Origin: Auanema rhodensis
Taxonomy: Eukaryota > Animalia > Nematoda
Length of the DNA: 64,000 nt
NCBI GenBank assembly: GCA_964057225.1
Contig: OZ059897.1
Coordinates: 16,802,001 to 16,866,000 of the forward strand
Direction: 5' to 3'
Part shown: positions 41,150-53,522 of the stretch, in pieces
How the letters are laid out: every line of letters starts with the position of its first letter
How positions within the stretch are numbered: position 1 is the stretch's first letter
The notes under the pieces: model-generated
The model's database searches: none
What the model saw: only the letters and a program-made list of their open reading frames with translations
Told to the model about the DNA's origin: nothing
Position numbers and translations under genes: made by a program

Positions 41150-44075
41150 TTCATTTTAGTTGCATTGTGCATAATGTGTAAGCATCTAAAATCGTTGCCA
41201 TTTGCTAACCATTCAAATTGCATTAGGAGTACTGGAGCACTATGCTTCAATAGTAGTTTTTCCGCTTCCTCCAACTCAAATGACGTATTTATATCAATTA
41301 TAAGACTTTTAAGTCTAATTAATAGGTTCTCGCTAATCTAAATCCTAATTTGGTTAATAACAGAAGATTGTATTCTCAATTATTAGTTTGTTCTTTAATT
41401 GCCTGCTACCCTTTTTCTTATATTTTCAAAACTTCAATTGTTTAGCTAATTCGATTTTTTATCATATTATTCGCAAATTCGAGAAAGCATGTGATAATAT
41501 GTACGTAATTTAGTTCGTTGTCCATCTAAAATATTGCTTAAGCAAGGGAATACATACCCTAGCACGTATAGAACTCAATACCTCACAGATCATGTCAGGC
41601 TGTCATGAGGACAGTTTGGCAAATATTTAACTATGAAGAAACAGGAAATCCTGAGAACAATTGGTCAAATGATGTTGATGATGCTGATGATTATAACGCT
41701 ACTGATGGTGTTGAAGATGAACTCAAAAAAAGTGCTGATGAGGGAGGAGCAAGCATATGATGAACAAGTCTTTGACTAGTACTCCTACCTCATAAGCCAA
41801 ATAGGCTTCCAGCGGTCCTTTCATAAGTACAGCCTCCCAGTCGGCACATTTGTAATCGGTTTTCTCAACATAAATCTTTAGTGGAACTCTTCTTTAACAT
41901 ATGTAGTGCTTGACAACTGAATACTCAGCAAGATCTGTTATTTGCATTTCTACCTCTTATATCCACACCTTGATGATCTATCCTCGTATTGTTAAATGAA
42001 TTTTAACGGCATTCCAAGTTTCGTTGCTTTCATCTCTACAACAATAGCGCAGTCAGAAATTTCGGGAAGTTCGTGGATTCTATTATGGAAGAAAAGGCGG
42101 CTTTTCCATCTTCTTTGCTTGAATGAGTCGATATCCGCGAAGAAAGCATGCATAATTAATCCCGCACGGATTGGACCACCCAATTTTTCAAGTGCTAATA
42201 TTTCATTTTTACTTAACATAGCGCAGTTTAAACCAAGCGGGAAATTATTGAGTTTTAGCGCGCATTCTTCTGAAGCCTGAGCTTTTCTTATTTTTAGTTC
42301 TGATTTGCGATATGTGTCCAGGACAACTTAAGTCCGCAGGCACTTTTAGTGAGCTTAAAGTATTATGTTAACTCATCCTCGGAGCGGTAGAGTTTGACGA
42401 ATGCGTGACACTTTCCTGTTAATAATCTCATTCTTTGTAGTACATACTCCGTAGTTTATCATCTTATTGATTGTAGATATAAAAAGATCATGAAGTTCGC
42501 GGATTTTGAGAATTGACCCTCAATCCCTTCCTTGGTGTGATTAATATATATAATTCCTTAGTAAACCGGAAAATATTTTATTCCCTATAAAATCTTGTTA
42601 TTAACTTTATTCAACTATTTTTACTATATATTATATTGCGTGCGCTTCTATATTTTAGTTTAATATATTTTGTTATGTTGAACGAAGCACTATTGACATC
42701 TCAATAGTTGCCTCGGCTTGCCCGAACTCAAAATTACTAAGCAGTATTCCTTTTGTTGGCCAAGTTTTTTTAAGGAAGAAAGCTGGAAACAACAATTTGC
42801 ACAGGTGTCACAGATGTGCTGCGTTTTAATGTAGAATTTTTATCCTGCATCTGTCCTCTTGGCAGACAAAATGCAGTTATCGATTTTATTCTTTTCTTTC
42901 TTGTTTTCAAAGAGCTCGTGACCCTCTTTGGATAATGCTAAGCATCGCAACGCTTATGAACCTTGTGTGGTGTGGATTAGCAAAAATGATCATAATCGTT
43001 ATGTGTGTACGTTTCAGTGCCATTTTAAAAGTAGACGTTCCTTTTGATAGCATCTTATTTTGGAACTGCTTTCGTTGTAGTCGTGTTTTGTCTATTTGGT
43101 GCAGGTTTTCTCTAATTAGTCTGTAATGGCTTGCAAAAAGCGTTGTCATTGAATTTACTAAACACAGTAGTAGGGTAGTGTTCAAATGGGTATTAGGATA
43201 GTCAAAAACTGAGTTTGGCTAATTGTCTCTTGCCTCGAATGGATATTTCCATAGGCGCTTCTCAATGTTTCCGCATTCTTCCGTCTGTAATTTCAGCTGG
43301 CGTTCTCGCATTAGGTTCCCGTTAGGTGTCTTGAGCCTTCAGTTCATCAACCTAGTCTTTCATGTTCTATGAAGTGTCTGTTGTGAACTGGAGCAACTGT
43401 TGCAGGATAGTCTGCAATAAATTTATCTGTTCTTTGGAGGATATCCGATGATGGATAACTTACTCAACTGCTAACTTGGATTGTTATTTATGTCACTCGA
43501 GAATGGTAATTTTTTTAGTGAACATCTGCATAACAAGATTTATTTTTATCCTTTGCTCTATTTATATAGGATACAGTCTGCCTATTGTTGTTCAAGATGA
43601 CAACTTTGTTCAGTAAGACAGATGCATTTCTCGAAGACTGCCAGCAATCTGATTTAAATATGTCTCAAATAGAATGAGATCTTTTCCAATCAGACAATTT
43701 CCTAAATGATTAGTGATCCTCACGTCGTTTTAAAATGGCCGTATTGGAGAATTTCAAATGCCCATATCTTGTTCAAAGCCCTACATAATGATGTTTGAAA
43801 GGCAATGTTCTTTCTGCTAGCTTTTTCTGCTACAGAAATAGCGAATATATTTTGTCTTATAGTTCACTTTTTTCATTTCATATTTGTTGTCTATTCTTTG
43901 CTTTCTTGCTGTTCCGAATCTTTTCATTATGTTGTGTTGAAGTAGCCACCTTGTTGATGATCCTTAATCTGCTTTGTTCTTCCACGAACCATAGGTGTAA
44001 ACCTGTTCGTTATATAAGCAGAGTTCGATCACAATCTTTTCTGGTCTCGACTAACTATACGCCCATTTTTTACTA
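41150..44075 (-). mobile_element. Probable heavily decayed BEL/Pao LTR-retrotransposon gag(-pol) relic
   Basis: Intronless, coding-like minus-strand sequence with many stops and frameshifts; gag-like fragments in the expected order: AFEILQYG (~43730-43765), KKLP (~43505-43520), S*NMKD*VDEL (~43340-43375) and eroded Cys/His knuckle-like residues (~42850-42990). No LTRs seen; boundaries approximate. Confidence 0.35.
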
Positions 44076-44113
44076 GTTGACTTTTTTATTTCTCAAACTT
44101 TAGGTGTCGGGAT

Positions 44114-46185
44114 ATGGTGCATCGACAACACCAAACGCTTCTCCCCCCAGTGGAGGGCCAATTATCGGCTCAGCCATTTATGAATAATTGTTATTCTGAA
44201 ATGTGCATGAGTAATGGTGCTGTAGGTATGGTTGTCAATTTAGTTTTAATTCTTATTTTTTCATTTTCTAGCTCCCGCTTCGCATGAGAAAAAGCTAGGA
44301 TGGGTAGTCGCCGCCATATTTATCGTAGCCGACATGGTTGGAGGTGGCGTTGTGGCTATGCCTGTTGCTTTTAAAAAATCTGGTATATTGTTTCTTTACA
44401 GTTATTAACCGTCTAATCGTATTACAGGACTAGCTGCTGGAATTATTTTCATGATTGTAATTGCAATTATGTTCGAGTACACCGGATACCAATTAGGAGT
44501 TGTTTGGTGTAAGATGATGGAAAGGTCGTAAACTTAGATGATACTTTAATGGAAATATTGATGTTTTAGATTCCCTCATCTAGGAGTTTGTCGCAAGCCT
44601 TTTCCTGAAATGGCAAAACGCACCATGGGTCCAGGAATGCAGTAAGCCTTATTTTTAATTTCGACAAATTTTGCAATATTTTTTTGTAGGAGGTTCACAT
44701 CAGTTATGGGAAATATTACACTTTTCGGTATTTCTGTAGTGTACTTGCTGCTATCCTCGAAGATTTTACAGTACTTCGTTGATCAGTTCACAGATTTTGG
44801 AGTCGGTATCTGTCATGTAAGTTTCTTAACCTTTTGTCTATTTCAACTATTTTCTTTCTAGGTCATTGTTATTCTTGCAATAACTATTTTGCCTTTCACT
44901 TTTTTGAAGAGTCCTGGAGAATTCGCGTTAGTTATCAGAGCTCTTCCTTTTTCTTAAATTGTGTTTTTCTAGTGGTGTGATTGTAATCGCTATGATTACT
45001 ACTGTTGTTGCCGTTCTTTCAATTCTTCTTGGAATTTCAATGGATGCCCCTGAATGTTACAAAGCAGTTCGTTATCCGGAACAGGATGGAGGAACTGTTA
45101 TGCTCTCTCTTGGAATTTTCCTATTCTCCTTCTCTGGACACTATGTGTTCCCTACTATTCAACATGACATGAAAAACCCTCGTGATTTCACTAAGTCTGT
45201 CGTTGCTGGTTTCGGAGGTATGTTGTTTTAGAGACAAATATATTTTAATTCTTTAGGTGTTGTTCTTCTCTATATGCCTTTATCTGTTCTTGGATATACT
45301 GTATATGGAGATTCCCTGGACTCGTCTGTTATCACATCTATTCAAACCAGTTCTCTTCAGGTTAATTAGCAAAAATAAATTTTTAAAAATCAAATAATTT
45401 TTCAGCTTGGAGCTAACTTAATGATTGCCGTTCACTGTATTATGACTCTTGTAATCGTTATTAACCCGTTAAATCAAGAAGTTGAACATTATCTGAAGAT
45501 ATCTCATGGTAACTGACTCAAGTTGTTCTTAAATTCATAATAATTTGTAAAGGATTCGGTTATGGACGTGTAATAACCCGTACTGTTGTTCTTGTTCTGG
45601 TTCTTTTTGTTGGGCTCTCAGTTCCTGACTTTTCTCCGGTTATGAATATTGTCGGTATGTTTTTGTTGATTTTATCTCGTTTTCGCTGAATTTAACCATA
45701 CTTAGGTGCTTCCACTATTCCAATTGGTTGTGTTTTCCTTCCTTCTCTTTTCTATCTTTGGTGCGAAGCTACTGAAGAAGATGAATGGAGAAAGGGACAT
45801 ATTCCTTCTTTCAGAGAGTTAGCTTTTTAGCTTTTGTATTCTTCATTCAGTTGTAATGTTTTCTAGAGTCATTCGAAGAACGGACTCTACTGTTCTGATT
45901 ATTAACATGTTCATGCTTGGCATTGCTCTTGTTGGAGGATGTGTTGGAACTTATGTTGGAGTTGAAAAGCTGAAAGACGCAGAATTCTCTGCTCCTTGTT
46001 ACATTCGTCCTTTCCTTGAAGATGTCAGTACAACTGCTTTCTCCATTAGCCAGCGGTATGTTGAACCATAGTGTTTGTATATTTATTATTTTGTATTCAG
46101 CTGTTGTGGTGCTTATTGGAACATTAGTACTTATGGAACTCCAGAGATTTGTACGCCACGTACATTCAATGTAACATTGTCTTAA
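44114..46185 (+). CDS. Amino-acid transporter, AAAP/Aa_trans (SLC32/36/38-like) family
   Basis: [80 protein letters not shown]; many TM segments; ends [13 protein letters not shown]...TLS with TAA at 46183-46185. Confidence 0.92.
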
Positions 46186-47528
46186 ACGACGTTTTTGTAT
46201 CATGCCCAAATAGAAATCAGAGGGTTGGTTACTTACCGGTTTTAGTGTATTCTCGGTTTTTTTTACTTCGGTCTCGAGGATAACATAATAGAGATTTTTC
46301 AAATTTGAGCAATATCTTGCGTTTTTTTACGCTAACAGAGGAACTTATTTCAATTAATCCCGATTTTTCTTTCTTTCTCAAACTTTATGAAATTGTTCAT
46401 GTATTATTCCACACATCTAATCATCTATTAATCAATAATCTGAATTAGCAGGTAGTACTTCATCTTCTAGAGTTGATTATCTGTGCTTGTTTGAGGTATC
46501 ACTCTGGTGATATTCACTTCTGCATGCTCCATATCATTTTTATTTTGTATTTTCCTTTTTTTGAATTAACCTTTCATGACTTTGTGTACTAATTTTCTCC
46601 ATTCTGTCTAATACTCTACTATTTTAATGTCTTCTTTAAAAACTCATAATTTTTTTAAGCCTAACATGATGTTTCCATTTCTGATTCATTACTTTTTGTA
46701 ATTAGATATTTTCATGCATAGACACATTGTCTTTTGAAGGTTGGTTTTAATAAAACTTCTACCGTTTCCGTCATTTTTATGAAATTAAAGAAGAAAGAGT
46801 CATACATCCGGTTATGTCATACAATGCTGCTCAATTTTTCGCGGACTTACACTTATATACGATTCAAAAAATTTTTTTCATTTATGAGATTTTATTTTTT
46901 TTTAATCTGTTGAAATACTCGTATACGTTAGATAAATATCTTTATCTATTAGTTCGATGGAAATTTTAGATTGGCATGATTAAAAAGTACAACTATGGAT
47001 TGTTCTAAATAGCTAACTAGGAAAGATTTGAATCAAAATGAAATTTATTTTTGTAGGAGAAATATCAAATTGAAGTCAGATGTCAGGAGAGAAAGTGATA
47101 TGAGACATTAATCCGTGCTTGCTGCCTGATCATAACATAATCGAAAGGAAAGTTGTGGTTACTAATAAATTCAGATTTCTCACGTTTTTTGATCTAAAAT
47201 ATCAAGCATTGAATTTAAGTAGGGTATTTCAAGAGAGCTTAATCCAATTCATTTCAAAAACGATAACCCTTTTAATTCTTCAAGATGAAAATAATCCTTT
47301 TAATGTGAGAAGCATTTGAGCAAAAACATTTAAAATATTTCCCATTGCACAGATTGTTTTATTTTATTATGTTTGTTTTAAAAAAACTGTTTTTTTTTAT
47401 GTCCCATAAGAATTCTTCATTTAGAAATAGCACTAGTGAGAAAAAAATTGCGTTGTTATTATGATAAAGTGTTAAGCCATAGTTACTCTTAATAGAATGA
47501 AGCCAATTTCCACCAGCTATACGTAAGC

Positions 47529-47553
47529 ATATATATATATATATATATATATA
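47529..47553. repeat. (AT)n microsatellite
   Basis: Pure AT dinucleotide run in intergenic DNA. Confidence 0.9.
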
Positions 47554-50360
47554 ACATACATACTAGAGATGTTTATATAGTTTCTTCAGTTTAGTACAGA
47601 CATTGGAGTAATTCAACAATAGAATACAAAAAATTGATATGTTATCGCCATCCGCCGCATTCACACTCACACGTTCAAAAATTGAAAAGTCTTCTATGGA
47701 AGGAAAAAATGAAATTTCTTTCATTTTACAAGGGTTTTTGAAAGCAATTAATGATACAAATATTTAGTCATAACAAACATTACCCTTTTACAATTCTTCT
47801 ATCAGTTATAAGTATGTCGAACTCTTGTAAAATGCTGAATTGTAAGTATAATTGATATTAATATTTTAAGCTTATTAATGATTTGTTAATTATGTGTTTA
47901 AACTGATGTTCTAAGTATACATGGAATAACTTATTTTATTTCGAAGTTTGAATTTGAAGTAATCATGAGTTTAAATATTCTAATTAACTTATTGTGGAAA
48001 ATTCATGATGTACCTCATTTTCAAGTATACATAACAGAAAACGGTCATTCATTGGTATTTGGAATGCTTTAGACGGTGGATGTTCTTTTCGATGAAGAAA
48101 AATAGAAAACAATTTAGTAAAAGTTTATTTCTTTGTGCCATATAGTTAGTTGTTCGAAGAAAATCAATGTAAATACATCAATGTAGAAGAAAAATAAGTT
48201 TCAAAAAATTATTTGAGAAGCTTTGTTATTCTGTTTTTTTTTGTTGTTTCAAGATTAATTCATTTTTAATTTAGTTTTATTTAATTACTATGTAATTCAA
48301 GTTTGAATTGCCTTTTGTGAATGTCAATGTATAACAAGTAGTGATTTTTAAAACTCCAATGCATTCCCTGTTTCCAATAGTAAGAAGAAAGAGAAGAATC
48401 GCTATTTGTTCTATAAACCAATATCAGTTTGTATAACTTATAACAAAAATAATATTTTCACTATTCGGTTTATAAATATCTCAAAATATTTTATAGCTAC
48501 ATGTTGAGGTAAAATGATGCATTCAAACAAGATTTTGTAAGCTATTACAAGCATCGTATATCTTATTGTTAATCTTCTGTTAACGTCTACAAAAATACAA
48601 GACATCAATATTAGAAACTTAACATCTTTTCATACATTGTTATCATGCATTATAATATTATTAGCTCACTATTTGTACTGATTAAGATTTTTTCTCATAT
48701 TTCTTTCATCCCACTCTTTGATATTAATATGTCAAAGTGTCGATCCTCAATATATTTTATTATTATAGATTTAGACAAATATGTAATTGCTACTTGATCA
48801 TTTATGATCCCTGGCTTCTTTAGCAATTCTAAAAAAGAAAAATGAGCTAATATGTTTGCCTTATTTTCTCCATTTTCTATATTTTACAATTCCTTATAGC
48901 TCCGCCTTATTCATTGTGAGCATTAGGTTTGTAAGCACGCAACTGTACAATGAGACGATGAGATCTAATTCATCTCTATGTAATACTTCAAATATTTCAA
49001 AGCTGCTTAACTTCATTTTTATTGAAAAAATTAAAACTTACTTCATGTTGCATAACCATATTTGTCCGAATAGCCTAACAGTACTCAACAGACAAAAAAT
49101 CGTAGTTACATGAAACTTTGTATTTTCAGAATATTGGACACAAATCTCTTATTTTCTTGAAAGTTTTCATATAACTCATATGAAATGTAATAGCTCGTAT
49201 TACCATTATCTTCACAATTCACTTCCAAATACATCCATAGATCTTTCATTATTCTATAATATGCTTTAAAGTTAACTTTTCAATTTAATTTTAGTTTTCC
49301 ATATTCTTTCTATTGTAATGTATTTATAGTTTTATATTTGTTTATCAATTATTTCTGTTTCCGTAAAAAAAAATAATAATGAAATAAGTTCATAAATTGA
49401 AAGATTTTTAACCACATATTATACATATATGTATATTATATAATATATAATATAATATATAAATACAAGGAACGGAATTAACAGCGGTGAATAAAAGAAA
49501 ATCCATTCTATCTATCTACTTATCCATAAGTAAAGATATTTTTAAGTTCATTTTCAAAAAAAACTTAGATGTATAATGCGACAGTTGTAAAAGAATATCT
49601 TATACTCATATAAGTTAACCACCCCACCAATCAACTTTATACATATTTGGATTAAAGTTTCAGAAGCTGAAAGTCGTTAATAGAATGAAACTCTATAAGA
49701 TCTATACTTCTCATGATATTTTTTTCCGGCTCATCCTCAGTCAATCCTGATACATCATTCTAGGAGTTGCTCAAATTTCTTTAATGCTTAAATTTTTTTA
49801 TTAAACTATTCTCAATACTTCTATTTTAATCGTTAGAGAATGAAATTCTTACATGTATGTATATACCTGGATATTTTTAACTAAAAACATTTTTTGAACG
49901 ATTTGTGAAACTATAAGATTACTAACATGAGAAAGCTGATGTCAATTTAGAGAACGAAATTATTTTACGTCACCAATGTTTCTTGGATAGAATAACCACA
50001 AAACTTTTTCAAATTATTTAATGTCTAGCTTGAAAATCTGCAGACAGATTATTTTGTAATGTTATTCCACAGTCTCAAAACGGTTATTCTATTTGATTTT
50101 TGACATTTTAAATATAAAGTATCAGCCTCATTTCTGTTTTTCCAATCCATCTATAACTTATTTAAAGTATATTTTTGCTTTATATGTAGTTGATACAAAG
50201 TTCCGCATCCTTATAGTTTTTTATCCATGTTCTGCACTTATCTATGAAGCTTTATGATTAAAAGGCTTATTATAGATCGCATTTTCACCTCAGTCATCGT
50301 CTCATCTCCATTTCTTGAGATTATTTTTACAGATCGTTAGGTTGTCTTGAATTTTATAAC

Positions 50361-50382
50361 TATATATATATATATATATATA
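50361..50382. repeat. (TA)n microsatellite
   Basis: TA dinucleotide run upstream of the peptide gene. Confidence 0.9.
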
Positions 50383-50823
50383 AATATATACATGTATATT
50401 ACAAATCAAATTACCGTTTTTTAACCTACTGCTTTTTTCAGTAATATAAGTACTACGTAATGTATTTTCATTTTTAACTTTGTAAGCAGAAATTGTATTC
50501 AATCATCGTATATCATATATACAAAATTATTTGTCATTTCTTTTTTAATTTTTTATCTCGTTATATTTATTCTTTTTTTGCTTTTACCACTTATGCACTT
50601 CTTTTATTTTATTTAGATTGAATCTATACATGTTTACATTCACATAATTAAATTTTCTTTTCAATTCATTATCGCTTATTATAACAAACCCTTTCATGCT
50701 TGTGTACTAGTTCTCTTTTTTTAATATAGACGCAGTCTAGTTCATCTCTGTCTTCATATCTAATCATAAAACATTTCAAACGGCATCCTTCGCAGACTGA
50801 TATGAACTTTTTCCAGAATAGCT

Positions 50824-51021
50824 ATGAACCGCTGGCTAATCGCTTTCGTTTTGGTTTCTGTAGTTTTGGGACAAAGCACTACTCCCTTAAATTATGTGGC
50901 TCTTCGAAGAGTTCGTGCCATTGCAGCCCCTTCATTCAATTCCTGGTGTATATTCTATCCAGAACGATGTCGTATGCTTCAACTTCATTCTGGCACGAAA
51001 CGTCGTTACAAATTTTTTTGA
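50824..51021 (+). CDS. Small secreted neuropeptide-like precursor, single exon, 65 aa
   Basis: TTTTTCCAG acceptor 7 nt before the ATG; hydrophobic signal peptide; RRVR and KRR basic sites flank a two-Cys peptide; AATAAA near 51225. Confidence 0.7.
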   Translation: MNRWLIAFVLVSVVLGQSTTPLNYVALRRVRAIAAPSFNSWCIFYPERCRMLQLHSGTKRRYKFF

Positions 51022-51757
51022 GGTCATCTACTAAAAAAGGAGTTCGGACTAAGCACCTGAAGCTTCTGCCAGGCCTCACCACATATGCTTAATGCAAAAT
51101 CTAATGCGTTGTATATATACGTGTGTATCACCGACTAAACGATACCTCATTTTTGATCTCCTACAGAAGAATGTAGATTTTCAATCTATTCTAGATTCTA
51201 AACTGTATACATTATGACTTATTAAATAAATTCATTGGTCAAATATCTCTGACTACTCGCATATTTCCCGAAAACAAAAATAAATATAAACAAAAATACA
51301 CGGAAATGTTATTTTTGAACGATTAAAAACTATGAACAAGTTACATGTGACAATAATCATCATATATCATGTATGAAAATATCTCATGAATCGTTAAAGA
51401 AAAAGGTGACATTCTCTACAAACTAGGAAAAACAAAGCTATGTTTTAATAAATCTAGAGAAATTGATAACTGTACACATCTTGGAATGAATCAACGATTC
51501 CTTGCTTAGTTATAAATAAGCAGAATAAATTCAAAATCATAACCCAAATTGATATTAGCAAAATCTGAGTACGTGAGTGACACAACATTGAAATTTCGGA
51601 ATAAGAAAAGCAATAAGAAATAGACATTTATCTAAAATACAATCAAATAAATAAATGCAATTTCATGTTAGTTTTTCACGTACTCTGAAAAGGCGAAAAC
51701 ATTTAAACGAGTATAATTAGCATTGAAAAGCATCCTACAAGGAAATTCAGAACAACT

Positions 51758-52986
51758 CTACCACACCTGTTGGCATTGCTGGTTTCTGCTCAATATACTT
51801 CTAACATCAGAAGCAAACCTCAGAGCATCCAAGAAAGGTAAGAGATTCAATAAACAAGTGTCAGTAGGGTCAGAAAACCATGAAGGTATAGGAATAGCAT
51901 TTTCTGAAAACAAAAATTTGAGACTACAAAATGATCCTGTACTTTTGAAGTTGAGTAGAATGACCAAGAATGTGCATATAACAAGAAAATAGAATATGCT
52001 GCATTCAATTGAATTGTTCACTTTTAATTGACTTCAGATTGACAAGCCAAACTTTCTCATCAAGCAAACTAAGAAATAATCATCTACTGCATAGAAACTT
52101 ACGTGGAAATTTACGATATGCACCGGGTGAATTGTCTAATATAAATATGGAAGATAAATCATGATGAATAGCACTAAGATCTTTAGTATAACCGCCGTAA
52201 TCCATAGTACAATGTTGACGGAAATATCTGAAATTTGTAAACTTGCCCACTAGAATCATATAAAAACCAATACCTTCTACTCAATATCCCTCTTCCTCTA
52301 TCAAGTTTATCGGCAACATGCGTTCCATATACCTCCATACTAGCCGTGAATACAACCAAATCAAACCTAAATTATGAAATGATCCAAATAGTATTTATAA
52401 TGTACAAACCATTGACTCACAACAGATAAGAAATAGTCAACGTGAGGTCTTGCATGAACCGAAAATCGAACAGGATGTCGATCAATAGTAACCTGTAAAT
52501 AAACAGCAATAAAGAATAGCTATATTGTGCAGAGAGTTTAATAAAGTTAAAAAATGAACTTCCAAACCTTTATTGTAAAATCAGATGGAGTACCAGGCTT
52601 AACCATAGGTCTAACAACTCCATCATGATGAGAATGAATTAATGTTTCATCAAGGTCTAATACTAATATTTTCTTTTTCACAACCACTAAAAGCAACTTC
52701 AATAAAAAACACTAGATCAAACACTCACGTAAACGATGGCTAGTAAGAGGTGATAATTGTACATGCTCATACTTAACAACTTGATATTTAGCATACTGAA
52801 ATAATATCTTAGAAACAAGTATTGATATAAATGAATTACCCCTCTATAAACCCGCTTAAGGCCTTGTACGAAAAATGTGAATACTGTCCCAATCATTACC
52901 ACGAAAGCAGTGAGAAAACCCATGATTGATTTTGGTAGTGAACTAGACTGTTGCACCCGACGATCATTCGAATTTTGTCTGCGCAT
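51758..52986 (-). CDS. cnep-1: CTD nuclear envelope phosphatase 1 (Dullard/Nem1; lipin phosphatase)
   Basis: N-terminal TM segment; [20 protein letters not shown] (DxDxT motif); [17 protein letters not shown]; [10 protein letters not shown]; ILDNSPGAY; [33 protein letters not shown]. Confidence 0.93.
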
Positions 52987-53522
52987 GCTTCAAATCATAG
53001 TGCTTTCATTCCCTAAAATAAGATGAAAATAAATAAATAATCAATACAAAAGCATCAATATAGCAAGTAGTACGGAACATGAACTCGCTGGAAAAGAAAA
53101 TGACGCAAAAAAAATGAAATGTAAACAAAATATGAATCTTAATGTTGACAACGCATGAAAGATAGGAGTCCTATGGTTCATTTAAAACGTCTAGCATCTT
53201 ACAGATTTCATAAATATCTATAGAAAAAAATTAAAAAGCTGAAGCTTTAATTTTACAAAAGAATGGAAAAAAGCAAAGACAATATTTTTTAAGCCATTGA
53301 AACATATGATTAATTAATCGATTTCTATGGCTTTTGTACCACAATCGGGATTTAAAAAAAAGAACACATGATATGGGCCAGCAGTTCATGCGTTTTTTTT
53401 GAACTGACGTGTATGAAGTGCTATTAGGTCGTAAGTTTATTTATAAAAGTAAACTCTGTTTTTAAATTCTAACAAAAATATTAAAGGTATAAAAAGTGTT
53501 TTCAGATAGCATCTCGAACAGG
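52987..53522. promoter_or_regulatory. Short divergent (bidirectional) promoter region for cnep-1 and the C3orf33-like gene
   Basis: Head-to-head starts about 540 bp apart, each preceded by an acceptor (TTTTAG 53013-53018 on minus; TTTCAG ~53500-53505 on plus). Confidence 0.6.

Noticed and set aside
45847-46302. 151-aa antisense ORF over the transporter 3' end
   Set aside because: Shadow frame of the plus-strand gene with a non-ATG start and no independent signals.
46700-50800. piRNA (Ruby motif CTGTTTCA) cluster in the AT-rich gap
   Set aside because: Only scattered partial matches (CTGTTTCC); no enrichment seen.
50802-51092. 96-aa ORF overlapping the peptide gene
   Set aside because: Its ATG lies upstream of the acceptor and it lacks protein features; the 50824 frame has the signal peptide and cleavage sites.
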